Origin: a virus
Lineage: Duplodnaviria > Caudoviricetes
Length of the DNA: 64,000 bases
Virus record (IMG/VR): IMGVR_UViG_644736339_000001
Direction: 5' to 3' (one strand)
Positions 1-7,796 of the stretch are shown here, piece after piece. Within the stretch, counting starts at the first letter, position 1. Every line of letters starts with the position of its first letter. A program made the position numbers and the translations under genes. A model generated the notes under the pieces. It saw only the letters and a program-made list of their open reading frames with translations, ran no database searches and was not told the DNA's origin.

Positions 1-381
1 GCCGGTCCAGGGGTGTTCGCGCGCCCAGTCGAGGACGTCGTCGGCAAGGGTGCTCGGCGCGGCGCCGACCACAGAAGCGGGCGTCGTGGGTCCGATGAAC
101 TGGGTCTCGGCTTCGGCCCAGGCGATGGAGCCCTGGTCGTATTCGGCGGCAAGTTCAGCCAGGTCGCGGCGCAGCCGCGCGGTAGTTTCGCTGCCGATCT
201 CGAACGCGACGCACGCGTTCTGCCACGGGTCGGCGCCGGGGGAAGTCCAGTCGCCGTAGATCCGGAGCGAGTGGCTGCGGACCGCGGCGGTGAACTTGCC
301 GTGGAACTCGGACCATCTGGCCTGGGTGAGCTTGTCATCGGAGTTGCCGATGCTGGCGTAGACGGTGTGGGTGTCGGCCAT
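1..381 (-). CDS. hypothetical phage protein, runs off the window edge
   Basis: Open minus-strand frame from ATG at 381 (MADTHTVYASIGNSDDKLTQARWSEF...), coupled to the stop of 381..662; not in the ORF track because it is truncated. Confidence 0.7.
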   Translation of the reverse strand, partial: MADTHTVYASIGNSDDKLTQARWSEFHGKFTAAVRSHSLRIYGDWTSPGADPWQNACVAFEIGSETTARLRRDLAELAAEYDQGSIAWAEAETQFIGPTTPASVVGAAPSTLADDVLDWAREHPWTG

Positions 382-662
382 CAGGTGGTCGCTCCGCGTC
401 GGGAGCGTCCGTTGCGCCGCAGTCCGGCTTCGCGCCGTTCGGTCTCGGTCATCTCGGCGACAGCGGTCCGGTAGGTGCCGCTCTCGGGATCGACCTGGCC
501 GAGGTCCGGGCGTCCCGGGCCGGCAGAGACCCACGCGAGTCCGCCAACGCCGTTGGCGCGGACGGAGTGAGTGACGATGCCGTACCGCACTGCCTGCAGC
601 GCGTCGACATCGGGGTGTTCTTCAGCGGATCGGCCAGAGAGGGTCATTCCGAATGCCTCCAA
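381..662 (-). CDS. hypothetical protein
   Basis: ORF in a tightly packed minus-strand operon. Confidence 0.55.
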   Translation of the reverse strand: MEAFGMTLSGRSAEEHPDVDALQAVRYGIVTHSVRANGVGGLAWVSAGPGRPDLGQVDPESGTYRTAVAEMTETERREAGLRRNGRSRRGATT

Positions 663-1171
663 GTCTGCGCATCAAGGCGGCGCGCAAGCATCGCCGGCGT
701 CACACAGGACGGGTCGCCTTGCCCGCACGACCAGTCCAACCCGGCGTACTGCCCTGCTTGCACAGCAAGCTCAGAGCACATGACGGACCGCCGGGCCCGT
801 TCGAACCATGCGAGGATTCGCCACCGCAAGCCGAGGCATCGCAGCCCGTCAACGGCGTCGGCGGTCCAGGCGTAGGGTTCGCCGCGTTTCGAGGACGCGT
901 ACTCGGCGACGGCAGCACGCTGCATATCGGTCATGGGCTCGGCGGTGTTGTACTCGATACGGCAGCCGGCGTATTCGGAGACGTCGCGGATACGGACGCC
1001 ACCGGGTTCGGCTTCGACGATCTGCCCGTCGCCGATGGAGATGAAAACGTGGTCCGCCCAGCTTTTTGTCAACGCGCGGATCATGAACGGTACGAAGCCG
1101 CCGGTCTTGACGCAGCCGTACACGCCGACCGGGGGAAGTCCGCGGCGGAACACGGTCTCGGACGGCGCCAC
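644..1171 (-). CDS. permuted papain-like (NlpC/P60, YiiX/YebB-type) amidase
   Basis: His precedes Cys: DHVFISIGDGQIVEAEPGGV ... GEPY ... MCSELA ... VTPAML. Confidence 0.8.
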   Translation of the reverse strand: MAPSETVFRRGLPPVGVYGCVKTGGFVPFMIRALTKSWADHVFISIGDGQIVEAEPGGVRIRDVSEYAGCRIEYNTAEPMTDMQRAAVAEYASSKRGEPYAWTADAVDGLRCLGLRWRILAWFERARRSVMCSELAVQAGQYAGLDWSCGQGDPSCVTPAMLARRLDAQTWRHSE

Positions 1172-1180
1172 CGCGACCCC

Positions 1181-1429
1181 CTACTCGGTCGCGTACTCCA
1201 CCGCCGGCGGCGGCACCTCGCGCACGACCAGCTCGGCCAGGTCCGCCACGATCGCGATGTCCGGATCGACGACGGTCAGCGTCGCAGTGACGGGTCCAGG
1301 GTTGTTCACGTCCAGCGGCGCGATCTCCACGCGCGTCACGCAGGTGAGCTGCTGGTTATCGACCCAGACTTGCGCCATCGATGCGGGTCCGCCGGGGTGG
1401 ACGATGCGGATCTTCGGGCCGTCAACCAC
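1181..1429 (-). CDS. hypothetical protein
   Basis: Coupled ORF with protein-like composition. Confidence 0.65.
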   Translation of the reverse strand: MVDGPKIRIVHPGGPASMAQVWVDNQQLTCVTRVEIAPLDVNNPGPVTATLTVVDPDIAIVADLAELVVREVPPPAVEYATE

Positions 1430-1710
1430 TACTTCGCCGGCTCCGCGGCCGTGCTCACGTCCGCCGCGACTTCCCTGGCGACGGACTGCACGTCCTGCTC
1501 GGCTTCGGCAACGACAGGTGCGGCGGCGGTCTTGGCGTCGTGCGCGACCTGCTCGGCGTCGGACTTCACTTCGGCCTCGACCGCGGGCAGGTGGCCGGTG
1601 AGCTCGTTGAACCAGGCACGGAACTCCGCGGCGAGCGCATGCTCCCGCTCCTCAAGCTGCGTGATTAGCGCGTGACCCTTGGCCTCGAGCTCGACCAGCG
1701 CAGCCTTCAT
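1429..1710 (-). CDS. hypothetical Ala/Glu-rich helical protein
   Basis: Start refined to ATG 1710 (MKAALVELEAKG...). Confidence 0.65.
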   Translation of the reverse strand: MKAALVELEAKGHALITQLEEREHALAAEFRAWFNELTGHLPAVEAEVKSDAEQVAHDAKTAAAPVVAEAEQDVQSVAREVAADVSTAAEPAK

Positions 1711-1721
1711 GGCACCCACGG

Positions 1722-2315
1722 CTACGCCGGGGGGTTGTCGTCGCGCGGAACCGGCTGCCCGAAGACCGCGCCGACGCTGGTTGCCGCGCCCGGGTCGATC
1801 TGCACGGTCACCGGCGCCATCGCCTTGCCGTTCACGTCGGTGATGTTGAGGGTGAGGAGGCCGGCCTGCCCGGGGTGGGATCGCACGTTCGCCGACAGGG
1901 TGTCCTCGGCCACGGCGACCTCGCCGAGGTCGGTGTTGTCCTCGACCCACGTGAACGGGGCCACGAAGTCGCCGTTGGGGTCGGAGAAGTCGGTGGGGAC
2001 CGGCACCTTCTCGTCGTCGAATGCGGTCAGGGTAACGGTGACCATGTCGTTGTCGGGCATGGAGAAAGCCATGGGGTGTCCTTCCGTGTTGCGGGGTTCG
2101 GGTGTGCCGAAGACGGCTTCGACGGTGGCGATGGGGGCTGGCCGACTGAGCCAGTGTTCGAACCAGTCGGCAACTTCGGTAACGCGGCGGCCGATGGTCC
2201 GGGAGCTGCGGGCCGGCCGGTCTTCGATCTCTCGAGTACCGAGGCCTGTGAAGAGTGCGGTGGCGTTGGCGAGGGCGGTGGCTCGTCGCTGGTCGCGTTC
2301 AGTGCTCACCGCCAC
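1722..2315 (-). CDS. hypothetical protein (beta-rich C-terminus)
   Basis: Acidic beta-strand-like C-terminal half. Confidence 0.6.
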   Translation of the reverse strand: MAVSTERDQRRATALANATALFTGLGTREIEDRPARSSRTIGRRVTEVADWFEHWLSRPAPIATVEAVFGTPEPRNTEGHPMAFSMPDNDMVTVTLTAFDDEKVPVPTDFSDPNGDFVAPFTWVEDNTDLGEVAVAEDTLSANVRSHPGQAGLLTLNITDVNGKAMAPVTVQIDPGAATSVGAVFGQPVPRDDNPPA

Positions 2316-2331
2316 CCGCCTCTCTGTTTGG

Positions 2332-2700
2332 CTACTCGTCGCGTCCGTATGCCTGGTCGCGGGCGCGGCGCAGGGTACGGATCAGACGGTTGAGTTCGGA
2401 GCGAGACAACGACGGCGAGTAGGCCTCGGGCATCCAGCCCTCTTCCCACCCCACGGCCTTCTCCTCAGCCTTGCGCAGCTCGTCGCCCATCTGGGTCCAC
2501 GCTGCGATCGGCGCCTGAAGCGACACCTGGACGTTGCCGATCTTGTCGTCGCCGGCTGCGTGCCAGCGCACGTTGACGATCGGTTCGTACCAGGTACTGG
2601 CGCCGTCCATGCCGCTGCTCATCGGCTCGCCGGACGCGGCATCGCCGGTGCGTCCAACGTGTTCGATTGTTTCGGGGAAGTTGATCTGATCTTTCGGCAT
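2332..2700 (-). CDS. hypothetical phage protein
   Basis: ATG 2700 after GGAG; C-terminal LSRSELNRLIRTLRRARDQAYGRDE motif typical of actinophage proteins. Confidence 0.65.
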   Translation of the reverse strand: MPKDQINFPETIEHVGRTGDAASGEPMSSGMDGASTWYEPIVNVRWHAAGDDKIGNVQVSLQAPIAAWTQMGDELRKAEEKAVGWEEGWMPEAYSPSLSRSELNRLIRTLRRARDQAYGRDE

Positions 2701-2749
2701 CACGCCATCTCCATCACGGAGGCCGCCCTGCGTGTGGGGCGGAGGTTTA

Positions 2750-3037
2750 TCAGGCGGCAATCCAGGTGCCGCGGATGAATCCATGTGATCCGCAAGCCCG
2801 GCACAAGAGCGACGGCTCAATGTGCAGCGGATCGAGGCTGATCACGTCCCAGCCGTACTCGGGGTTGTGCGGCTTGAACGGAACGAAGCCCGCGCACCAG
2901 TCACCGGCGGCAGTGCAATGCCACTCGGTGATGCCTGCAAGCTCGATCCCGTCGGGCATGTACGCAAGGACGTAGGCGTGGTCGTCATCGAGGTAGACAG
3001 CGCCTTCGTCGGGCGGGTCGCCGTGCATGATCGTCAC
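2750..3037 (-). CDS. DUF6527-like small metal-binding protein
   Basis: HC ... LHIEPSLLCRACGSHGFIRGTW motif. Confidence 0.6.
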   Translation of the reverse strand: MTIMHGDPPDEGAVYLDDDHAYVLAYMPDGIELAGITEWHCTAAGDWCAGFVPFKPHNPEYGWDVISLDPLHIEPSLLCRACGSHGFIRGTWIAA

Positions 3038-3058
3038 CAGGGCTCCTTTGGCGGGGCG

Positions 3059-3244
3059 TCAGGCGTCGATCAGGTCAAGGAACTCATCGAGATCAACCGG
3101 CGCGGATTCGCGCGGGATCTCAAACTCGTCGTCAAACAGTCGCCAGTGCTGCGGGCACGACTCGTACCGTTCGATGCGGCCGACAGCGTCAGGGGTCAGG
3201 AACACCAGGCAGGCGCAGTGGTCAGTCACGGGCGCGGGATCCAC
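3059..3244 (-). CDS. hypothetical protein
   Basis: Small Cys-containing ORF in operon. Confidence 0.5.
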   Translation of the reverse strand: MDPAPVTDHCACLVFLTPDAVGRIERYESCPQHWRLFDDEFEIPRESAPVDLDEFLDLIDA

Positions 3245-3390
3245 CGGTCAACCCCGGCAACGTGCAGCACGAGGAAGAACGACCCGATCAGCAGCATCGC
3301 CATCGGCGAGAACCACGCGCTGGTGTGGCTGCCGGAGCCCTGCTCGATGAAACCAAGTAGGTAGGCGACGGCGGCGAGGATCGCGAACAT
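3226..3390 (-). CDS. small two-TM membrane protein
   Basis: ATG 3390 after AGGAGG; two hydrophobic segments. Confidence 0.65.
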   Translation of the reverse strand: MFAILAAVAYLLGFIEQGSGSHTSAWFSPMAMLLIGSFFLVLHVAGVDRWIPRP

Positions 3391-3418
3391 GAAGGCCTCC
3401 TGATAGCTCGACGAGCTG

Positions 3419-3504
3419 CGGAGAGGGCGGGAATTGAACCCGCCGCCGGTGTCACCCGGACGACTGCTTAGCAAGCAGCTGCCTTACCGCTCGGCCACCT
3501 CTCC
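3419..3504 (-). tRNA. tRNA-Ser(GCT)
   Basis: GGAGAGG/CCTCTCC acceptor, anticodon loop TTGCTAA, long variable arm, GGTTCAATTCC T arm, G73. Confidence 0.92.
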
Positions 3505-3508
3505 AAGG

Positions 3509-3592
3509 CGGAAGGTAAGCGATTCGAACGCTTCACGGTGTTACCCGCCACGGTTTTCGGGACCGCTTGACACACCACATGTCGGACCTTCC
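3509..3592 (-). tRNA. atypical tRNA-Ser(CGA)
   Basis: GGAAGGT/ACCTTCC acceptor, GCGGT-CCCGAAA-ACCGT anticodon arm (C33), long variable arm, AAGCG-TTCGAAT-CGCTT; non-canonical position 8 and D arm. Confidence 0.75.
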
Positions 3593-3693
3593 AGGGGCGA
3601 GGAGAGCCTGATCAGTGCACCGCTCCGTGAGGGTGCGCTTCCTCGCCTTGTCCGGCGCCCTGACGGGAGCTACCCGACGGTTTCACCGGTCCG

Positions 3694-3769
3694 TGGCTCG
3701 GGTCGGATTTGAACCGACGATCTTAGGCTTATGGGGCCCACGGGGACGGCCGAACTCCCCTACCGAGCA
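3694..3769 (-). tRNA. tRNA-Met(CAT), initiator-like (1-72 mismatch)
   Basis: TGCTCGG/CCGAGCC acceptor with T1-C72 mismatch, TGGGC-CCCATAA-GCCTA (C33), GTCGG-TTCAAAT-CCGAC, A73. Confidence 0.82.
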
Positions 3770-3829
3770 TCGCTGTTGCGTACCTTGACGCTACGTCGGA
3801 GCGCGGTGCGATCGCACCCGGATAAACAG

Positions 3830-3855
3830 CAAGCCCACCCGTGAAGGTGGGCTTG
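3830..3855 (-). terminator. intrinsic terminator/attenuator hairpin before the tRNA cluster
   Basis: CAAGCCCACC / GGTGGGCTTG stem followed by CTGTTTAT on the minus strand. Confidence 0.6.
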
Positions 3856-3894
3856 GATGGCGCTCACTCGGGACACTTCACCGAGGATGTGCCC

Positions 3895-3923
3895 ATCATG
3901 AGCCAAGCGCAGGTCAGCGTCAA
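3895..3923 (-). promoter_or_regulatory. sigma70/HrdB-type promoter
   Basis: TTGACG-17 nt-CATGAT on the minus strand. Confidence 0.6.
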
Positions 3924-4171
3924 GTTGCGGACTCCGGACCTGTTTGCGGCTCGGTTGATTGCGACCGTCGAAGGCTGTCACGCATCGACTTCTCCGCCTG
4001 CACCACTTCCCGCTCGACGAGGACATCCTCAGGAGGGTCCTGAAGCCGAACGGTCCGGACGTGCCCGTCTTTGATCCACCGGTCGATGGTGCGGCGCGAC
4101 CTGCCCGTGATGGCCATTGCCTGCTTGATGCTGATTGGACGGAACAGCGGGTCCGCCGGGTCCGGGGTCAC
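3920..4171 (-). CDS. helix-turn-helix DNA-binding protein (excisionase/MerR-like fold)
   Basis: ISIKQAMAITGRSRRTIDRWIKDG. Confidence 0.8.
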   Translation of the reverse strand: MTPDPADPLFRPISIKQAMAITGRSRRTIDRWIKDGHVRTVRLQDPPEDVLVEREVVQAEKSMRDSLRRSQSTEPQTGPESAT

Positions 4172-4950
4172 GCCGCGGCCCGCTTCTTGAACGGCTGCGC
4201 TGCCAGTTTGACCCAGCGTTCGTACTCGTCTTCCTTAAGGAGAGTGCCGCAGTCTCGACACAGAACGTACCCAGTAGCGCGGCCCTGCCAGTCGAGTTCG
4301 TGCTCGAGCGCCATTAGGTCGCACTGCCTGCACGGGATGCCCTCGCACGGCACGGCGCGGACGTCGTCGGTGCGGGTGAGTTTGGCTGCGTGCCGGTACA
4401 GCCGGTTGAGGTCCTTGCCGAACTCCGCGGACTGCGCCGGCTCCGAATGCTCGGCGATCATCCAGTCGAAGTGGATGAGCAGAAGCCGGGTGTCGGCGGT
4501 GATAGCGGCGCCGCGACTCCGCGGTGGTGGCGCGGCGAGGTCGCGGTCGACACGGATGGCTTCTGCCCAGTAGTTGAGGACGCCGACGATGTCGTCGATG
4601 CAGAAGGTGTAGCGCTCGCGGCCGTGGATGGGGCGTCCTTTGGATCCGGAGACATGTACGGTGCCGGCTGCGGTGGCGTTCTCGACTTCGAGCATGAGCC
4701 GTGCGGCGAGTTCAGGAAAGTCAGCGAGTCCGATACGGACGTGCCGTGCGCAGGGGTTGCACCAGACGGGCTGGCCGGCGCGGGCGGTGAGTTCGTGGGG
4801 TGTGCCTTTGGTGAGGCGGGCGGTTTCGGCGCGGCGCCAGCCGGAGTTGCAGGGCCCGACACAGGCGGTCGGGGTTGGGACATTGTTCACCGCAGCGGCT
4901 CCCGTGGGGTTGTGATCTACCCTTGGTGCAGCGGTGTCGGTGTGTCGCAT
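4168..4950 (-). CDS. Zn-binding phage protein, candidate late-gene regulator
   Basis: CVGPC, CNPC, CRQC and CRDC motifs; position upstream of promoter-terminator-tRNAs. Confidence 0.6.
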   Translation of the reverse strand: MRHTDTAAPRVDHNPTGAAAVNNVPTPTACVGPCNSGWRRAETARLTKGTPHELTARAGQPVWCNPCARHVRIGLADFPELAARLMLEVENATAAGTVHVSGSKGRPIHGRERYTFCIDDIVGVLNYWAEAIRVDRDLAAPPPRSRGAAITADTRLLLIHFDWMIAEHSEPAQSAEFGKDLNRLYRHAAKLTRTDDVRAVPCEGIPCRQCDLMALEHELDWQGRATGYVLCRDCGTLLKEDEYERWVKLAAQPFKKRAAA

Positions 4951-5017
4951 GGTGACCAGTAGCGGATGGCGGTCTTCGCTGGTCGGCAGGTTGATCCAGA
5001 GGGTACGGCAAAAGGTG

Positions 5018-5047
5018 AGGCCCGGACCATGTGGCGGTCCGGGCCTT
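5018..5047 (-). terminator. terminator-like hairpin at the end of the transfer operon
   Basis: AGGCCCGGACC / GGTCCGGGCCT inverted repeat with T runs nearby on both strands. Confidence 0.55.
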
Positions 5048-5069
5048 TGTCGTTCTCGGGCGCCCCCTG

Positions 5070-5354
5070 CTAGGCCTGTTCGCCCTGGCGCCTGGAGATC
5101 GCGTCGTCCAGGTAGCCGTCCGACACCCGGCGGTGGCGGGCAGCTTCCTCGCTGTCGCCGGCCGCTGCAGCGTTCCGGCTGGAGTCCTGGAAGTCCTTGG
5201 CGAGGCGGAGGCTGAGCGCCGCCGGGTCTTCGGCTGCCAGGTTGTTGGCTTCTTCGCTGTACATCCAGTGCAAGTCCATAATGATCTCCCTAGTCGTGAG
5301 TTGGGCTGTCGTGCGCGGCACGTATCGTTCACTTCCTGAAGTATCTGGACTCAA
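5070..5354 (-). CDS. hypothetical protein
   Basis: ORF in operon. Confidence 0.55.
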   Translation of the reverse strand: MSPDTSGSERYVPRTTAQLTTREIIMDLHWMYSEEANNLAAEDPAALSLRLAKDFQDSSRNAAAAGDSEEAARHRRVSDGYLDDAISRRQGEQA

Positions 5355-5358
5355 ATGC

Positions 5359-5754
5359 TCAGTACCGCCAGGTCCGCCCTTTGATTTCGTTGGCGATCGC
5401 GACCAGCGTCTCGACCTGAGCTAGACGGTCGGTGCTCGGTGCGACGCCAGCAGGGATGGTCAGCAGCGCCGTCGTCGACATACGGCCGGCCATGGCGGCG
5501 ATTCGCGGCGACTGGGACGGCACCACCACCTCGTTGTAGGCAAACGTCCACCCGTCGGTGCCGATCAAGTCCAGGGCGTTGCGGGCGGAATCGACGTCGC
5601 TGTTTCGGAGCCAGTCGGCAGCGAGGCCGAATAGTTCACCTGCTTTAGCAATGTCCTGCACCTGCGCGGGCGCGTTCTGCACAGCGCGCATGCGGCGCCG
5701 GACAACGGCCGCTCCAGCGCCGGCCACGATCAGCACGGCAGCCCAATCGGTCAT
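5359..5754 (-). CDS. hypothetical membrane-anchored protein
   Basis: ATG 5754 overlapping the traB stop; N-terminal TM segment. Confidence 0.6.
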   Translation of the reverse strand: MTDWAAVLIVAGAGAAVVRRRMRAVQNAPAQVQDIAKAGELFGLAADWLRNSDVDSARNALDLIGTDGWTFAYNEVVVPSQSPRIAAMAGRMSTTALLTIPAGVAPSTDRLAQVETLVAIANEIKGRTWRY

Positions 5755-7796
5755 CGGCCGGCCCCTACGAGGCGGGCGTGCTGCGGCAGAACCCACACGC
5801 CGCGGTCGCTCTTGACCAGCTTGTTCTGCTCGACCGCGCGGGAGCATGTCTGGGAGACGGCGGCGAGCCTCTTGTCAACGTCCTCGCCGATGCCCTTGCA
5901 GATCTGGGTAGTGCTGGCCTCTTCGCCGAGTTCGGACAGGAACAGCTCGATCTTGTCCCACATGGTGCCCGTCGTTGCGGCAGTGGTTTGCGCGAGGGTC
6001 TCGGACCACGGCTTCTCCGGGTTCGACGCCTCGTCTTTCGCCTCCTCGGCGGTGACGAACGCGCTGCCGTCGGCCATGGCCACCATCAGCAGCTGCCCGG
6101 TCTCGGTAGTGACTGTAACGCCGTCGCAGTACCAGGCCTCGTCATACGGCGTGGGGGGCGCCTGGTCTTCGTCGTCTTCCCAGTCCCACTGGGTGTCGTC
6201 GAGCCCTCCAACGGCGGCACGCATCATGACGGAGTGGTCGGAGTCGGTGCCGAGGTGGTAGGCGACGCCGGCTGCGGATGATCCGTCAGCCCACAGCAGC
6301 GGCAGCGCGCCGGGGTCGCCGATTTGCTTGCCGTTGGCGACAATCATGCCGGTGAACTGGTTGCCGGTGCGGTGCACGGTCGCGGTGGTGAGGAGTCCGT
6401 CGCGGATGGACATGTCGCCGCCGAGCTTGTCGGCGGTGGGGTACTGAGTGAGGACGGTCAGTCCGATCAGGACTTTGCGGCCTTCGGCGACGAGCTGCGC
6501 AATGAGCGCTGCAGCATGCGGGAATCGGGCGATGAACGCCGGGAACTCGTCGATGATGATCCGGATGTGTGGCATCTCAGGGGTGGGGCGCAGCACCTCC
6601 CGGTTCAACGAGGCAAGGATCCTCAGCCGCCGATTTTTCTCGGTGACCGCGGCGGCGAGCGCAACCATGATCTCTTCATCGGAGCGGGCGAGGACGTCAA
6701 CACGGTCGCGCCACCCGGAGTAGGACGCACCCTGGTGCGGGTCGAGCAGCCAGGTGGCGGTGCAGGCCTCGTTACGCTTGTTGTAGGTGTGCCGGGCCAT
6801 GGCCAGCCGGAGCCGCGCGGTGCGGGACTTGCCGGAGCCGGTGGAGCCGACGATGAGTTCGTGAACGGCGCCCCAGCCGGGAAGGATCAGCGGGTGGTGG
6901 GTCCATTTGCCTGTGGGGGTCATGCCGGCGGGGTGCCGGTAGGTGCCGGGGTCTCCGGGTCCGCGCCACGGCACCGGGTCGGTGAGGGGGTTGCGGTTGA
7001 ACATCATCAGCCGCGCCTTGTTCTCGCTGATGGGCTCGACGGCGAGGCGCGACGGGTGGATGTCGAGCCCGGTTGAGATTTTCCCGAGCTGGGGCGTGAT
7101 GTCGGCGACGGTGTGGCGGATCGGGCCGCCGTCGGCGTTGAGGGTGATGATGCCGGTGGTGCCGTTGCCTTGGCCGTTGGCGTCCAGGAGCGGTTCGAGT
7201 TTGGTGAGGCTTGAGTTCTGCATGGGCCCGGCGGCACACCCGATGCGCTTGGCCCAGATCTTGCCGGGGCTCGGCGCCTCCTCCTCCGGCGCTTCCGCTT
7301 CCTGCGCGACCGACTGCTCTCGCTCTTCGGGTGCTGCCGCAGCGAGTCCGCGCAACCACCAGCACACGGTGGCGACGCCTGTGGCCGCTCCGTAGGTGGC
7401 CAGTGCGGTCGGGGTGTACGGCTTGGCGATGGTGGCGTGCAGTTCGAAGCCGGTGAGGTACATGCCGCAGGCGGTGATGTACGCAACCTGCTTGCCGTTG
7501 AGGGCATCGTCGTTGCGGCGTCGCAGCTCGGCATATCCGCCGGCGGCGCCGACCGCAGTGACCACGCCGCCGGCTTCGATCCATCCGGCGACTTCGGGTG
7601 TGGCTGCGTGCAGCATCCCGGCGGAGGCGATACCGACCGCGGAGACGGACAGCGGCATCAGCCGGAGCTTGTGCCGCCACCAGGTGCGGCCGGCCCATAT
7701 AGCAGCCTTGCCGCTGGCGGTGTCGCGGATCTGTGCCGGTGGGCGCGTCGGCGACCGGACCGCCACGTCCTTGGTGGGCGTCTGTGTGGTCTTCAT
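5751..7796 (-). CDS. traB: FtsK/SpoIIIE-family conjugative DNA translocase (Streptomyces TraB-type)
   Basis: Start refined to ATG 7796; N-terminal TM helices, Walker A GSTGSGKS, LLDP, Walker B IIIDE, EGRK...TQYP, C-terminal winged helix. Confidence 0.88.
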   Translation of the reverse strand: MKTTQTPTKDVAVRSPTRPPAQIRDTASGKAAIWAGRTWWRHKLRLMPLSVSAVGIASAGMLHAATPEVAGWIEAGGVVTAVGAAGGYAELRRRNDDALNGKQVAYITACGMYLTGFELHATIAKPYTPTALATYGAATGVATVCWWLRGLAAAAPEEREQSVAQEAEAPEEEAPSPGKIWAKRIGCAAGPMQNSSLTKLEPLLDANGQGNGTTGIITLNADGGPIRHTVADITPQLGKISTGLDIHPSRLAVEPISENKARLMMFNRNPLTDPVPWRGPGDPGTYRHPAGMTPTGKWTHHPLILPGWGAVHELIVGSTGSGKSRTARLRLAMARHTYNKRNEACTATWLLDPHQGASYSGWRDRVDVLARSDEEIMVALAAAVTEKNRRLRILASLNREVLRPTPEMPHIRIIIDEFPAFIARFPHAAALIAQLVAEGRKVLIGLTVLTQYPTADKLGGDMSIRDGLLTTATVHRTGNQFTGMIVANGKQIGDPGALPLLWADGSSAAGVAYHLGTDSDHSVMMRAAVGGLDDTQWDWEDDEDQAPPTPYDEAWYCDGVTVTTETGQLLMVAMADGSAFVTAEEAKDEASNPEKPWSETLAQTTAATTGTMWDKIELFLSELGEEASTTQICKGIGEDVDKRLAAVSQTCSRAVEQNKLVKSDRGVWVLPQHARLVGAGR

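Noticed and set aside
3593-3693. tRNA-associated HDV-like (theta) ribozyme after tRNA-Met
   Set aside because: Could not find a P1 partner strand or the nested double pseudoknot by eye
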